Shown one piece after another: positions 10,095 to 23,417 of a stretch of DNA of 64,000 nt. Below the pieces are notes generated by a model. The model was not told where the DNA came from and did no database searches. It saw only the letters and a program-made list of their open reading frames with translations. This stretch comes from Mobula hypostoma (taxonomy: Eukaryota): positions 8,682,001 to 8,746,000 of the forward strand of contig NC_086109.1 of the NCBI RefSeq assembly GCF_963921235.1, in the 5' to 3' direction. A program made the translations under genes and the position numbers. Each line of letters begins with the position of its first letter. The stretch's first letter is position 1.

Positions 10095-13000
10095 CTGACA
10101 GGGGAAAAAAGAAAGCCAGGAAAAGTTGGGGGAGAAAAATGAGGTGTAGAGTGCACACGTAAAATGCTGGAGAAACCCAGCAGCTATAGAAATGAATAAA
10201 CAGTCAACGTTTCAGACCAAAACCCTTTCATCAGGGTCATGTCAGAAGAGCACCTAGTTGCTGCAGACAAACTATATTCGCATTGCATTTGCTTAAAAGT
10301 AAAACAATGTCAGACTTTGTGGGCTGAAGTGGTCAGTGCTCGGCAGTGAAAGACTTTGGCAAAAGACGCAGTGAAGAAGAGATTGTGTAATTTTGACTTG
10401 ACCAGTTTTGAAATGCACCCTGTGCAGACTGCCTGAGAGGAATACTGCTTCTTTAAGCGGATTTGACTAAATATGCACTTTCCTCTTGAGCGAGCTGATG
10501 CTGTAACCTGCAGGCTGCATTCGAACAGAGGCAGGAAGGGTATCTGCCAGCTGCCGTTTTTAACTTCCTCCCCAACTTCAACTTGCCAACTGTTGTAGAT
10601 GTCTTCCTGGTGTTCTCTGCAGAGAAGGATTGACGCGTCAAGTGCACCAGCTGAAAGGAACCGGTTACCTCATAACTTGTTAAGAGAAACTTACAAAGCT
10701 GGCTTCGTCGGACTGGCGCTTCACAAAGCACCCATTATTTCAGACAAAATGATAATTCTGGTTAAGGAAGGCATTCGTTCAATTTGAAAGGGTTACTGAT
10801 AATTGAATGTTACTCTGACCTAATCTAAAAATAACTAGCCCTTGTACACTGAGCAATGCTAACGTGCTCTCATTTCATACACCCACAACTTCGCAGTGGG
10901 CAAAGGAGCGTGTTACGAACCATCAGAGCTGTAATAACATCGTCAAACACTTTTGTTTATCTGATAAAGATTTTAGGCTTTTCGAACTCTAACCATGCAT
11001 AAAATTTCCAGGTTTTTGAAATGCAACGTGGACCAGAAGCGTGATGCGGACCATTCACATCACACGTCAGGTTTGTTCTGCATAATCTTTAAAAATGACG
11101 GACCTGAAAATCCGAAGGTCATTTAATTCTTTTGATAAATCCATTAATTCGTTGGAAAAATATATTTCTCAGTTTATCTTCACGCCTTTCCAGCCAAGAG
11201 GTGAGAAATTGTGACCACGCCCACAGCAGCATGATTGACAGGATTATACAGGACGATAAGGGAACGTCTCACTACCTGTTCCTCTGTCTGGAACATAGAA
11301 CATAGAACAGCACAGGAACAGGCCCTTTGGCCAATGATGTCTGTGTCAAGCACAACGCCAAATTCAATTAAATTAACTTGAAACTCACAGAGGATTTCTA
11401 ACTTATAAAAGATTTCTCTGGAGCATCCAAGGTTGACAGGAGATATGAAAGAGGTTTATAGGTTTATGAGAGGCATAAATAGAGTGGACAGAAGGCATCT
11501 TTTTCCCAGGGTTGAAATGTCAGAGGGCATGAATTTAAGGTGACAGGGGGCATATTCAAAGGAGACGTGAGGCGTATGTCTCTACACAGAGAGTGGTCTT
11601 GGTAGAAGCAGATACATTAAAGACCTCTAGAAACGTTTGAATAGGCACATGAGAGTGAGGAAAATGGAGGGATTACATAGGCAGAAGGGATTAGTATGGT
11701 TGGCGTTTTGATTACTAAGTCATTTGTTTGGCTTAACATGAGGGGCTATTTGCCTGTTCCTGTGCAGTATTGTCCTATGTTCTATTTCCCAGTTACAAAA
11801 GATTTCTAAACTACAGAGGATTTCCAAACACCAATACCATTCTTACAAACTAAACAGACTTACCAACAAGCTGCAGACGAGCAAGTCATCCATCACAGAA
11901 GCTGAACGCTAAGGAATGAATTCTAGGTTCTCTTTCTGTCACCCCGTCTTTCTGTCATTCCGCCCTGTCCTTCTGAATGATCCTGACTGCTTTCTAACGT
12001 CTATACTGATTTTGCCTCTAATTGAGATCATCTGCACTGATGTTCCTCAGGCCCAGTAAGCACAATGTATAATTAGGCCAGCGTGGGACCCCATTGATTA
12101 AAGCGTGGGCCAACAAGAACCTCATTGTTCATTTGTTCACGACAAGAAGTTGAGCAAGAACTATTGGTTAGAAATTTAACTTTGTCAAAAACAATTTCTT
12201 CACCCTTGGAATGGTCATGCTAGAAATCTGAGCCAGCAATAAGCCCCTTGGGCCCTGGAAAGTGAATATCCATCACATATTCATGTGTCTATCCAAAACC
12301 CCTCTTCAACACCACTATCAACTCTGCCTCCACTACCACCCATTCCAGACACCCTCCAGTCTCTCCCCCTCTCCCTGAGAGCTTTGCCCTCTAATATTCT
12401 GGCTATCTATTCTATCTATGCTCCCATAACTTTATGAAGTTGTGCCAGGTCTCCCCTCAGTCTCTGACACTCCAACAAAAAAAAAATCTGAGTTTGTCCA
12501 ACCTCTCCTGGTAGCAAATACTGTCGGAACTAGGCAGCAACCTCTTTTGCGCTCTCTCCAAAGCCTCCAGATTGTTTCTGTAATGAGGACACCCGAACTG
12601 CACACACTATTCCACTCTACACTGCACATTATACTCAAGTTTAGACCAACACACGTCTGTAGATAATACAGCACAAAGGAAGATGAATCTTGACTGCACT
12701 GGATTCTTCAGTAACTGCAGAAAACTACTCCTTATCTTCATAGCCCTATGCTTCCTGAACATTGGAAGTTTTTCCCTTACTTCAAAGTAAATTTCTTATC
12801 AAGGCGTGTATGTGTCACCATACTACCTTGCTTCAAAGATTCCCAGGTTCAAAGTACATTTATTGTCAAAGAATGTATGAATTATACAACCTTGAGATTT
12901 GTCTGCTTACGGGCAGCCACAAAGCAAGAGACCCGAAAAGGCCCAATTTTTTAAAAAGGACCAACCCCCAATGCACAGAGAGAGGAAAAAAAAACACAAA

Positions 13001-13576
13001 TCATGCAAACAGTAAAGCAAGCAACAGCATTCTGAAGCAGATTGAGTCCATGGACCCAGAACCCGGAGCGGCCAGAGTAAGCCCATAGCCTCAGTCTCAG
13101 TTCATCACAAAGTAGGGCAAATCGCTGTGAAGTTCGCAGATACGAAGCACATAGTAGCCAGAGCAGCCGCACAGCCTCAGCTGTGAAATGATTCGTTTAA
13201 GATCATTTCTTACAGATAGATTGTGGAGATACCGGTTATATAAAGAAGTTATAGTATGGATAAAGACCCTGCACTCAGTATTTAGAGTCAGAGATTCATT
13301 GAGTTATGCACAGAGACAAACCCTTCAGGCTTCCAAATGCACATCAAACACTCATTTACACTAACCCTATATATTCTCTTCAACCTGAAAAGTTGCCTCT
13401 CATCAGCTCTATCCTCTCCTTTCAGATCCCATCTTCTTCTGCTCTTTGTCACCTCCACCTGTCACCACCCAGCTTCTTGCATCTTTCCCACTCTCCTCCC
13501 CTCCCCCTACCTGCCTATCACTACCCATCTCCACACCTGGATCCACCTATCACCCTGGATATCTTCCCTCTTCGGA

Positions 13577-13820
13577 GCAGTCTCTTTACAAGACGGGTGA
13601 CCGCAGACATTATCAGCACCCTTCAGAGGTTGTCTGCCTGGCGTCAGTGGTCACTCAACCAGGACTTGTCATGTGCACCACCTGCTCATACGACCATCCA
13701 CCACCTGCTCAGACACTGGCCGGAAGAAGGCAATGGCAAACCACTTCTGAAGAAAAATTTGCCAGGAACAATCATGATCATGGAAAGACCATGATCGCCC
13801 ACGTCATACGATATGAACGA
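13577..13820 (+). mobile_element. RTE-related short element with inverted 5' half. Uninverted copies on minus at about 34750-35118, 39430-39802, 45705-45867, 46170-46557
   Basis: 13577-13710 is antisense and 13711-13820 sense relative to the family; GAAGAAGGCAATGGCAAACCACTTCTG resembles the BovB 5' UTR motif. Confidence 0.7.
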
Positions 13821-14129
13821 TCGACTCGCTTGCTTTCCAGTCCTGATGAAGGGTCTTGAACTATTAGATTCATCTTGGAGAAGGTTAAAGAATGAGCAAA
13901 ATTTCATAGGCCAAAGGCTCTGCACTGTGCGGTACTGTCTATAAACCACTGACTTACTGTTTCCTTCCATAAATGCTGCCTGACCATTTGAGATCCCCCA
14001 GCTCCTTTGTGTGTGCAGCTCCAAATTTTTACCATCTGCAGTCTCCTGTATCTCTAGTCACTAGTCTCCACTTCCCATCACTTGGCCAATTTTCTATCAA
14101 TAGTAACACATGCTGAAGCAAATTGCTCT

Positions 14130-14290
14130 TATTCTGGCTTCTTCCCCCTTCGTTTCCTCTCCTGATAAAGGGTCTCAGCCTGAAATGTCGACTGTTTATT
14201 CCTCTCCACAGATGCTGCCTGGCCTGCTGAGTTCCTCCAGCATTTTGTGTGTGTTGATCTGGATTTCCAGCATCTGCAGAATCTCTTGTC
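14130..14290 (+). mobile_element. Penelope-derived unit with degenerate hammerhead. Similar units at about 10155-10235, 13836-14050, 18545-18730, 34543-34745, 35322-35620, 35795-35885
   Basis: CTGATAAAGGGTCTCAGCCTGAAATGTCGACTG followed by GATGCTGCCTGGCCTGCTGAGTTCCTCCAGC. Confidence 0.7.
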
Positions 14291-15039
14291 TTGCTATCGA
14301 TAGTGTTATATCTCCTATCATTCCATCGATTTCAATCTTGACACGCTTTACAGCAAGTCTTTTATGTCAGATAGGCTATATCAACCACACTTCCCTCACT
14401 GACCATCTCCAACGCCAAAAACACACCCTCAGCTTAATGAAGCATTTGTCTTTGATAAATCTGTGTTATTAAACCTGCCCCACAAGAATTACTGGTCTCT
14501 GAGCTGAACTGAGGATGTGGCTTGCAACTAGTAGGCTCCAGTGATGCCTGAATTCGTGTCTGTGGACTCACTTTCGTGAACTGCAGTGTTGAATGCTATT
14601 TACTTACCTTTATTGTTTGCACAATTTGTTAATTTTTTCTGCGCATTGGGTGCCTGGCGGTCTTTTTTTAATGGATCCTATTAGGTTTCATTGTTTTCTG
14701 GCTGCCTGTAAGGAGACAAATCTCAAGGTTGTATAAAGTATACATACTTTGATAATAAATACACTTTGTAGTTACTTCTCTTTTTCTCTAATTAATCTGA
14801 CAGACTGCTAATTCTGTCCCTAATTATCTTTATAAATATTTCCCTATCACCAGGATTAAACTGGCTGATCAATAGTTGCTGAACTTATCCCTTTCAGAAT
14901 TCAGCTGTAACTTTTTAAATTCTTCACTGCCCAGATACTGTGCCTGTACCAACAGACGCTCTTGGAAGTTTACAGCAAATTAGCTACATTTCCCTCCCTT
15001 ACGTCCATCATCAACCTTGAATATATCAAGTTTAAAAAC

Positions 15040-15311
15040 ACATATGTACACCTAGACACACACACTCACACACACACATTCGCAGTTATAAACAGACACT
15101 CACATACACACACTAACATGCATGAACACATTTATACCAACACACATAAACTTGCGCACACACACACATTCTCACAAAAATACACCCCCCCAAAGAAACG
15201 CACACATAAGGCAATTGCACAAACACACACTCACACACACACACACTCACATGTGTGCACACTCACACACACACTTACACACATACACACAGAGACACAC
15301 GCACACACACT

Positions 15312-15356
<45 letters not shown>

Positions 15357-15395
15357 GCACGTGCACACTCTCATGCATGCACAATCGGAGACACG
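15040..15395. repeat. Degenerate (CA)n microsatellite field
   Basis: Direct inspection. Confidence 0.95.
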
Positions 15396-15929
15396 TTAGA
15401 TTTTTCCTTCTTCCTCTCAGTTCTCTGTATTCGGAGCGTCAGCTTGCCAGGAGAGCTGACAATGTCAGCGCATAATATCTCAGCACATGAAGGGAGACCA
15501 ACCACAAATCCAGTTCTCCTAGGCTACAGCGCATCAAACTGAGACGCCGCTGGCCTCCTGAATCTATTCATAGTTTACAAGAGGCCATGCGCAAAAATTG
15601 ATTTCATTCACAAGAACACAAAGGGAACCCTTTTGCTCACTTCCCTCCCACCCAACAGAGTTCTGTGGCGATACTAAAATTGGGCTATCACCCTTCACAA
15701 AAATTACTTAATTTAAATTAGATTAATAATACCTCTTTTTAAAGATATTTGCCACTTGAAAATATATTGGGTCTTAGAATTGAGACAACCAAAATCTATT
15801 AGAAATAGCTGACAATGTTATGTGACATCTACTGCTGTCTTCCAGTTGAGCAGAATGCATGCTATCCAGTTTAATACAGGACATTCAACCGGGCAATGTA
15901 AATAAGAGCCTTTTAATGGAGACATGAGA

Positions 15930-18085
15930 GGCTGCTGGAGGAACTCAGGAGATCAGGGGGAAATGGACAGTTGAAATTTTGGGTTGAGACCCTTCATTTG
16001 GACTGACTGTTAGAGAGGAGATAGCCAATGAAAAGAGGTGAGGGGAAGTGTGGAGCAGGACCTGGCAGGTAGTGGGTGGATCCAGGTGAAGAGGGGCGAT
16101 AGTCGGATGAAGGAGGGGAGGCTGGGAGATGAGAGGAGGAGATAACAAAGGGCTGCAGAACATTGGGTCTGATAGGACAGCATGGAACCAAAGAATGGAG
16201 ATGGGGAGGGCAGATGGGAACACTGGGGGGAGGGGACCCAGTGGGAGGAGTGTGTGGGTGATGGACAGATGGGAACAGTGGGGGGAGGGGACCCAGTGGG
16301 AGGAGTGTGTGGGTGACGGACAGATGGGAACAGTGGGGGGAGGGGACCCAGTGGGAGGAGTGTGTGGGTGACGGACAGATGGGAACAGTGGGGGGGAAGG
16401 GACCCAGTGGGAGGAGTGTGTGGGTGATGGACAGGTGGGAACAGTGGGGGGAGGGGACCCGGTGGGAGGAGTGTGTGGGTGACGGACAGATGGGAACAGT
16501 GGGGGGAGGGGACCCAGTGGGAGGAGTGTGTGGGTGACGGACAGGTGGGAACAGTGGGGGGGGGGACCCAGTGGGAGGAGTGTGTGGGTGATGGACAGAT
16601 GGGAACAGTGGGGGGGAGACACCCAGTGGGAGGAGTGTGTGGGTGATGGACAGATGGGAACAGTGGGGGGGGACCCAGTGGGAGGAGTGTGTGGGTGATG
16701 GACAGGTGGGAACAGTGGGGGGGGAGACACCCAGTGGGAGGAGTGTGTGTGTGATGGACAGATGGGAATGGTGGGGGGGGGGACTCAGAGGGAGGAGTGT
16801 GTGTGTGATGGACAGATGGGAACAGTGGGGGGGAGGGGACCCAGTGGGAGGAGTGTGTGGGTGATGGACAGATGGGAACAGTGGGGGGGAGGGGACCCAG
16901 TGGGAGGAGTGTGTGGGTGATGGACAGATGGGAACAGTTGGGGGGAGGGGACCCAGTGGGAGGAGTGTGTGGGTGATGGACAGATGGGAACAGTGGGGGG
17001 GGGGACCCAGTGGGAGGAGTGTGTGGGCGACAGACAGATGGGAACAGTTGAGGGGAGGGGACCCAGTGGGAGGAGTGTGTGGGCGATGGACAGATGGGAA
17101 CAGTTGGAGGGAGGGGACCCAGTGGGAGGAGTGTGTGGGTGATGGACAGATGGGAACAGTGGAGGGAGGGGACCCAGTGGGAGGAGTGTGTGGGTGACGG
17201 ACAGATGGGAACAGTGGGGGGAGGGGACCCAGTGGGAGGAGTGTGTGGGTGATGGACAGATGGGAACAGTTGGGGGGAGGGGACCCAGTGGGAGGAGTGT
17301 ATGGGTGATGGACAGATGGGAACAGTTGGGGGGGGGGACCCAGTGGGAGGAGTGTGTGGGTGACGGACAGATGGGATCAGTGGGGGGAGGGGCCCCAGTG
17401 GGAGGAGTGTGGGGGTGATGGACAGATGGGAACAGTGGGGGGAGGGGACCCAGTGGGAGGAGTGTGTGGGTGATGGACAGATGGGAACAGTTGGGGGGAG
17501 GGGACCCAGTGGGAGGAGTGTGTGGGTGATGGACAGATGGGAACAGTTGGGGGGAGGGGACCCAGTGGGAGGAGTGTGTGTGTGATGGACAGATGGGAAC
17601 AGTTGGGGGGGGGACCCAGTGAGAGGAGTGTGTGGGTGATGGACAGATGGGAACAGTTGGGGGGAGGGGACCCAGTGGGAGGAGTGTGTGGGCGATGGAC
17701 AGATGGGAACAGTTGGGGGGAGGGGACCCAGTGGGAGGAGTGTGTGGGTGATGGACAGATGGGAACAGTGGGGGGAGGGACCCAGTGGGAGGAGTGTGTG
17801 GGTGATGGACAGATGGGAACAGTGGGGGGGGGGACCCAGTGGGAGGAGTGTGTGGGTGATGGACAGATGGGAACAGTGGGGGGGGGACCCAGTAGGAGGA
17901 GTGTGTGGGTGATGGAAGGGGTAGAAGTGGTATGATGGGGGCTGGTTTGGATATGGGAGGAACTGGATGATCTGGAGGAGAGAGAAAAGGGACAGAGGGG
18001 AATTAGATTACTTGAAGTTGGAGATCTCATGTTCATGCGATCGAGCTGTACATAACCCAGGGGGAATCAGCGATGCTGTTGTGCC
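15930..18085 (-). mobile_element. Penelope-like element 3' fragment hosting a minisatellite
   Basis: Degenerate hammerhead arm at ~15970-16005; minus strand at 18007-18080 ends in ...ISNFK*, matching the PLE GIY-YIG C-terminus seen at 59296-59505. Confidence 0.65.
16209..17916 (+). repeat. G-rich minisatellite, ~55-bp unit, about 31 copies
   Basis: Unit GGACAGATGGGAACAGTGGGGGGAGGGGACCCAGTGGGAGGAGTGTGTGGGTGAT with variable G-run length. Confidence 0.97.
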
Positions 18086-19009
18086 AGTAACCTATCCTGC
18101 GCTAACAGTCCCAACAAAAAACTTAAGCTATTGGGGACGGTCAGATTTGACTCAAAAATAAATAATTTAATTGGAATAAAAGTGAGTATTGATTTTGTTG
18201 AAACGTTGCACGATGTTTCAGCTGACGAAAAGGATTTGTATTTATTTGATAATTACCATCTAATTACATCAAAGTTTTGTCCTGTTAAACCTCTGGTCAG
18301 TTCTGCCTCTGGTTTCCTTATCTAACATAATTTCTGTTGGAAAGTTAATGAATTTCATCTTCTGCACTGTTTGTCAAAGTCTAAGTCATTTTTTTGTCTG
18401 AGAGGGGAATGGATCAGCCATGATGAAACAGCGGAGCAGACTCAATGGGCCAAATGGCCCAAGTTTGCTCCGTTATCTCCTGGTCTTGTGGTCTTATGGT
18501 CACCTGCACAGGTGCAGGGAATCTCGGCACAGAGTATCAGACAATAAACACAAGAGATTCGGCAGCTGCTGGAAATCCAGAGCAACGCACACAAGGAAAT
18601 CAGCAGATCTGGCAGCATCTCTGCAGAGCAATGAACTGTCAATATCCTGATGAAGGGTGTCAGCCCCAGATGTCGACTGTTTATTCCTCTCCATACATGC
18701 TTAGTTACTCCAGCACTTTGTGTGTGTTACTCTTGCATCAGATCAGAAGTATTCACACAAAAAAGCATAAATTATCCATACATTTTACAAGAAAGAACAT
18801 AATTAGAGCAAATTCCATTTGAGTGAAAAGTGATCACAGTGTTGCTAAATTGTAGAGATTAGGGTTTTGTCAGAGGGTTCAGCACCCGAATGGTTGAAGG
18901 GAAGTAACTGTTCTTCAACGTGGTGGTGTGGGACTTCAAGCTTCTGTACCTACCTCCTGCTAGAAGCTCCTCTCGGTTGGATGGAAAAGATTCCGGTGAG
19001 CTCTATTTC

Positions 19010-19565
19010 ATTCTATACAGCTCTATAAAACCCTAGTTAGATCACACATAGAATGTTGTGTTCATTCCCCAGTCGCCTCATTATAGGAGGATGTGGAAGT
19101 TATAGAGAGGGCACAGAGGAGATTCGCCAGGATGTTGCCTGGATTAGAGAGCATGTCTTATGGGTGAGCTATAGTGCTTTTCTCTTTGGAGCGAAGGAGG
19201 GCAAGAGGTAACTTGATAGAGAAGTATAAGATGATAAGAGGCATTGACAGAGTGGACAGCCAGAGACTTTTTCCCGGGGTGGAAATGGCTAATACAAGGG
19301 GGTATAATTTTAAGGTGATTGGAGGAAAGTATAGAGGGGATGTCAGAGGTAAGTCCTTTACTCAGAGAGTAGAGGGTGCACAGATCTTCCTGCAAGGGGT
19401 GGTGGCAAAGGCAAATACACTAGGAGCATTTAACATAGGCACATTGATAATTGAAAAATGTAGGGCTATACAGGAGGGAAGGGTTAGATTGATCTTAGAG
19501 TAAGTTAGAAGTACAGCAGAAGATCATGGGCCAAAGAGCCTGTACTGTGCTGGATTGTTCTATGG
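19010..19565 (+). mobile_element. CR1 3' fragment. Other decayed CR1 pieces at about 11420-11785, 12240-12640, 20270-20520, 36095-37185, 37520-37910, 39125-39915, 48705-48945, 50060-50490, 51060-51410, 53600-54050, 54670-54970, 57593-58030, 62935-63330
   Basis: LFSLERRRARGNLIEKYKMIRGIDRVDSQRLFP and the CR1 3' tail. Confidence 0.85.
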
Positions 19566-20688
19566 TCTGTGTTCATTTGGATAGGAGCAATTTAGTTCTC
19601 CTTGTCTCCTGGACAATATGAATCCCTCAGGTAACATCTCTGACTGTTATGGTGTCACTGTTTTGAGAAGTTCCTCTGTGCTAATCAAAGGCCATAGTTC
19701 AGTGTTTGCTTTCTAAAAGCTCCATAGTGCTCTGGGATGTGCTGAAATCCATGATCTTCTTCCATGTGTTTGATTAATACTGGTGTTTCGTTTAATGCCT
19801 CTGCTTCACAGGAGAGGAGGTGGGCTCTTGTCAGCAGTGAACGGTGAAACACAGAATCAGGATGGACAGCTGGTTTTGAACGTTCTGTCTCTGAACATGT
19901 AGCATTTGAGCGAGATCTCTGTTACCACAAGTTCAACTGTTAAAATTGAACTGGGTGGAGACAGGAAGGGTGTTTCCTCTTGACCAGAAATTCATCTGGA
20001 CCAGCCCCATGCATACCATGGGAATGAGAGAGAGGCAGAGGTTGCGTTTCTCGCAGAGAAACCTCCAGACACCTCAGAGGATTTCCCCTGTTGACAAGTC
20101 ACAAACCTAGCTCATGGGACCAGCTCAGTCAGGCAACTTGGTCACCCTCGACAAATTGGGAGAAGGACCTGTTTTCCTGCTGGATCGTTCCACCACTCCA
20201 TGTTAGAAAGCGATGCACTTGGACGAGGACGATTTGGAGATCTCCTCTGGGTGCTCAGATTACCCCAGGCATCTTAGGGCTAGAAGTAATAGGTTAAGGA
20301 TGAAAGGTGAAAGTACAACCTGAGCGAGAACTTGGTCATTCTGAGCGTGTTGAGAGTGTGGAACAAGCTGCCAGTGGATTACAACATTTAAGAGAAGGCA
20401 CATGAATGGGAGGGCTATGGAGGTCCAGCTGCAGGTCAATGGGACTAGGCTGAATAATAGTTTGGCATGGACTAGATGGGCCAGAAGTCTTTGTTCTGTA
20501 TTATAGTGCTCTGTGACTCTATCCCTAAAGATACAGTATGTGAATTGGTAAGTTAGTTGACCATTGTAAGTTGCCCCTCCTGTGTGTTGGAGAGGTAGAA
20601 TCTGTGGGGGTGTGAGGGGTTTCATGAGAAAACACAGGACATAGAACATAGAGCAAGCCCCTCGACCCACAGTGTTATGCAGACCTAC

Positions 20689-21140
20689 TGTTATGTTTTG
20701 TAACTCCCAAACATTAAACTAGTTGAAAGGAAGGCAAGAGAGCCAGGAGATAAGTGGTGTACTTCCTTTTTACTTCAAGCGAGGCGCGCTCATATCTCAT
20801 GGTAAAGTCATAGAAACATAGAAAGTAGGTGCAGGAGTAGGCCATTCGGCCCTTCGAGCCTGCACCTGCCATTCAGTATGATCATGGCTGATCATCCAAC
20901 TCAGAACCCTGTACCTGCCTTATCTCCGTACCCCCTGATCCCTTTAGCCACAAGGGCCATATCTAACTCCCTCTTAAATATAGCCAATGAACTGGCCTCA
21001 ACTGTTTCCTGTGCATGACATATGTAATTCACTTATTTTTACATATAACCCATAATTAATTATTTAAACAAACAAGAATGCTTAATCAAACAATATATTT
21101 ACAATATTACTCAAATATTACTGGAATATTAAATACAACA
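20689..21140 (-). repeat. 3' LTR (TG...CA), interrupted by a CR1 tail at ~20811-21013
   Basis: TGTTATGTTTTG start and ACAACA end on plus; shares CGAGGCGCG and AATTCACTTATTTTTACATATAACCCAT with 23418-23640. Confidence 0.85.
20811..21013 (-). mobile_element. Short young CR1 3' end inserted in the LTR
   Basis: Nearly identical to the reverse complement of 3028-3240. Confidence 0.9.
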
Positions 21141-21422
21141 CTTCTCCCTGCTTGGCTATAATGCATCTCAACTACAGTATATACAGAATATACTATATAA
21201 TAAGGTATTATACAGACAGCCACGGCATAGTAAATTTTAAATTGTCCCATCCAGGCCTAAAGATTTAATCACTGTGGAGGATTACTTACTCTTGTGGGAT
21301 AATGTCTTTCCCGGCAGGTGAGACTTGTGGCTGTGAAACCATCTCGGGTTCTGGGCTTTGTCTGTGGAGGTGTAGAAGTTGACTCTGGGACTGCAGGAAG
21401 TGATTCTGACAGCTCTGGATCC

Positions 21423-22001
21423 CTTTCTTCTCCTTTTCTCGGATTTTCTCTCTGGATCTACTTCAATGCTCCTCTTTCTTTTCTTTTGTCTTCTTTCTAG
21501 TTTGTGCACCTTGATCTAGGGAAGGTGGATTTAGTTCCCAGGAGTCATTCTCTTATTAATCCTTCCGTTGCTCCCTTTACGATCTGACCTCTCCTCTTGA
21601 TTTCTTCATTTACAACATCATCTGATGAATACTCTGTTCTTGTATCTCCATTGACTTTTGGGCCTTTCATTCCTCCAGCTGGTCTGTGGACTTTGCATCT
21701 ACTTTTACAAGCAGTTTTTTGTCTCCCTCTTGAAGTTCATGGAATAACCTTCATGTACACAGAGTAGATTCCAGTTCTTTGTAATAACAAAAGCCGAATG
21801 CTTGCAATTTTCTTAAAGCTCCTTGAACTCTGTTCCAGCTTAAAACCAAGCCACATTTTGCAAGTAACTGCCTTATTAACAGATCAGAAGCTTTCTCAGA
21901 TATGTCACCTACAAAAACTGCTTTCATCACTTCCACGCTTCCTCTGAGCAGCATGGTCCCTTCCTTGGTCCAATATGCTTTCCAGCCAGAGGCACCGACA
22001 C
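21423..22001 (-). pseudogene. RBM25: Intron-free, disrupted fragment of RNA-binding protein 25 (RRM and flanks) inside the LTR element
   Basis: Translates across frameshifts and stops as VSVPLAGKHIGPRK..DH, VFVGDISEKASDLLIRQLLAKCGLVLSWNRVQGALRKLQAFGFCYYKELESTL, RLFHELQEGDKKLLVKVDAKSTDQLEE, QIVKGATEGLIRE, RKKTKEKKEE. Closely matches vertebrate RBM25 (VFVGNISEKASDMLIRQLLAKCGLVLSWKRVQGASGKLQAFGFCEYKEPESTLRALRLLHDLQIGEKKLLVKVDAK). Confidence 0.93.
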
Positions 22002-22029
22002 CTGTTTGCCCTCTGTTCATGGAGACAGT

Positions 22030-23236
22030 TGTGGCATCATCCAGTACCTTTAGTAACTTGCCTTCAGGTGGCTTCATTTCAGGGAGTGCCACATGCAAAC
22101 GGAGAATAGATCTCGAATCGAGTTGTAGTTCTCTCAGCCAATCACGCCCCCACAACACCGGCCCTCCTGTTTTTACCACATACGATCCCAATGTGGCTTG
22201 TAAGTTGTTTCTTTCACTGTTACAAATGTTAATCCTACAGGAGTTATCTTTTCTCCAGTATAAATTCTGAGCTGGATATCTGCAGGCTTCAGTTCAGTAT
22301 CTTTGAAATGCCATTTAAACTCGTTTTGAGGAATCACTGACACAGCCGAGGCAGTGTCCAATTCCATTGTAATTAATTGGCTGTTCAATTCTGGCATGAG
22401 TCATATTGTTTGTTAATTGCCCTGTGTCACTCTCATCATTATCAGATTTTTCATTAACAGCATGCAGATTAGTGCTCTTTTTAAAACCATAACTTGACCT
22501 CTTTTTCTCTTCCCTGTGCAGTCCATTTATTTTTGTCTGCCCGACATGCTCTTTGAACATGTCCTACGTTGATGCATTTTCTGCATGTTTTGCCTTTAAA
22601 TCTCCATTGATCTGGTGTATGTGAGCCCCTGCCACAACAATAATACAATTTGTTCAGACAGGTTGGTTTGCATTCAGAGGTTGCAATTTTGTTCACACTC
22701 ATTTTCATTCCGGAATGTAACTCAACTGTGTCTCTGTCTACAGTTTCCATTTAAAAAGCAACTTCAACTGCTCTTTTAAATGTAAGCTGTGATCCAATTA
22801 GGAGCCATTTTTGAATGCTTTCTCATAAGAATCCACAAACAAAATGATTTCTCAGTGCATCATTACGCCTATTACGGAACTGACAATGCTCAGACATTTT
22901 CTTCAATTCAGCCATATGCACTGAAGTATACTCCTCTTCTTTTTGATTCCACTTATGAAACCTAAAGCATTCTGCAGTCAACGATGGTTTTGGTTCTAGA
23001 TGTTCCTGCATTATTTTCATGACACCAGCTGAGCTCATTTTGGCTGGTTTGGTTGGAGCAGTCAAACTTTGAAGCAAACTGTATGCCTTTAAACCCAATG
23101 CACTCAGCACAATTGGTACTCGTTTATCATTGGTTGTTTCATTTGCTTTAAAATATTGTTCAATTCATTCCATGTACATGAGCCACTTATCTGTTGTGTA
23201 ATCATATGGGTCTATCTTTCCAAAGTAGCCAGCCAT
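22030..23236 (-). pseudogene. Decayed Gypsy gag-protease region
   Basis: MAGYFGKIDPYD..., LSALGLKAYSLLQSLTAPTKPA, FRFHKWNQKEEE, CCGRGSHTPDQWRFKGKTCRKCINVGHVQRAC (Zn knuckles), MELDTASAVSVI (aspartic protease), GGPVLWGRDWL. Confidence 0.88.
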
Positions 23237-23417
23237 TTCTGCTTTAATTTTTTTATGAAACCAAGAATTTGTCCATTTTCTGCCTTTTTAAAAAACTCGA
23301 CCTTTTCTCTCTCGTGAAGAACACATGCTGCACTGTTTTCTTACTCAATCATTTTTTGCTGCACTTCAACAGGTCGGTAGTTGCCTCGGGTTCATTTTAA
23401 AAATGCCTCGTCACCAC

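Noticed and set aside
16209..17916. CRISPR-like regular array (also 25257-25445)
   Set aside because: No unique spacers, no cas genes, vertebrate context.
15945..18036. Long P/H/S-rich and G/W-rich ORFs (up to 261 aa)
   Set aside because: Translations of the 55-bp minisatellite.
21751..22191. Functional protease-RBM25 fusion gene, or the true RBM25 locus
   Set aside because: The RRM is cut by a stop/frameshift, flanking RBM25 homology lies in other frames, there are no introns, and it sits between LTRs; a pseudogenised capture.
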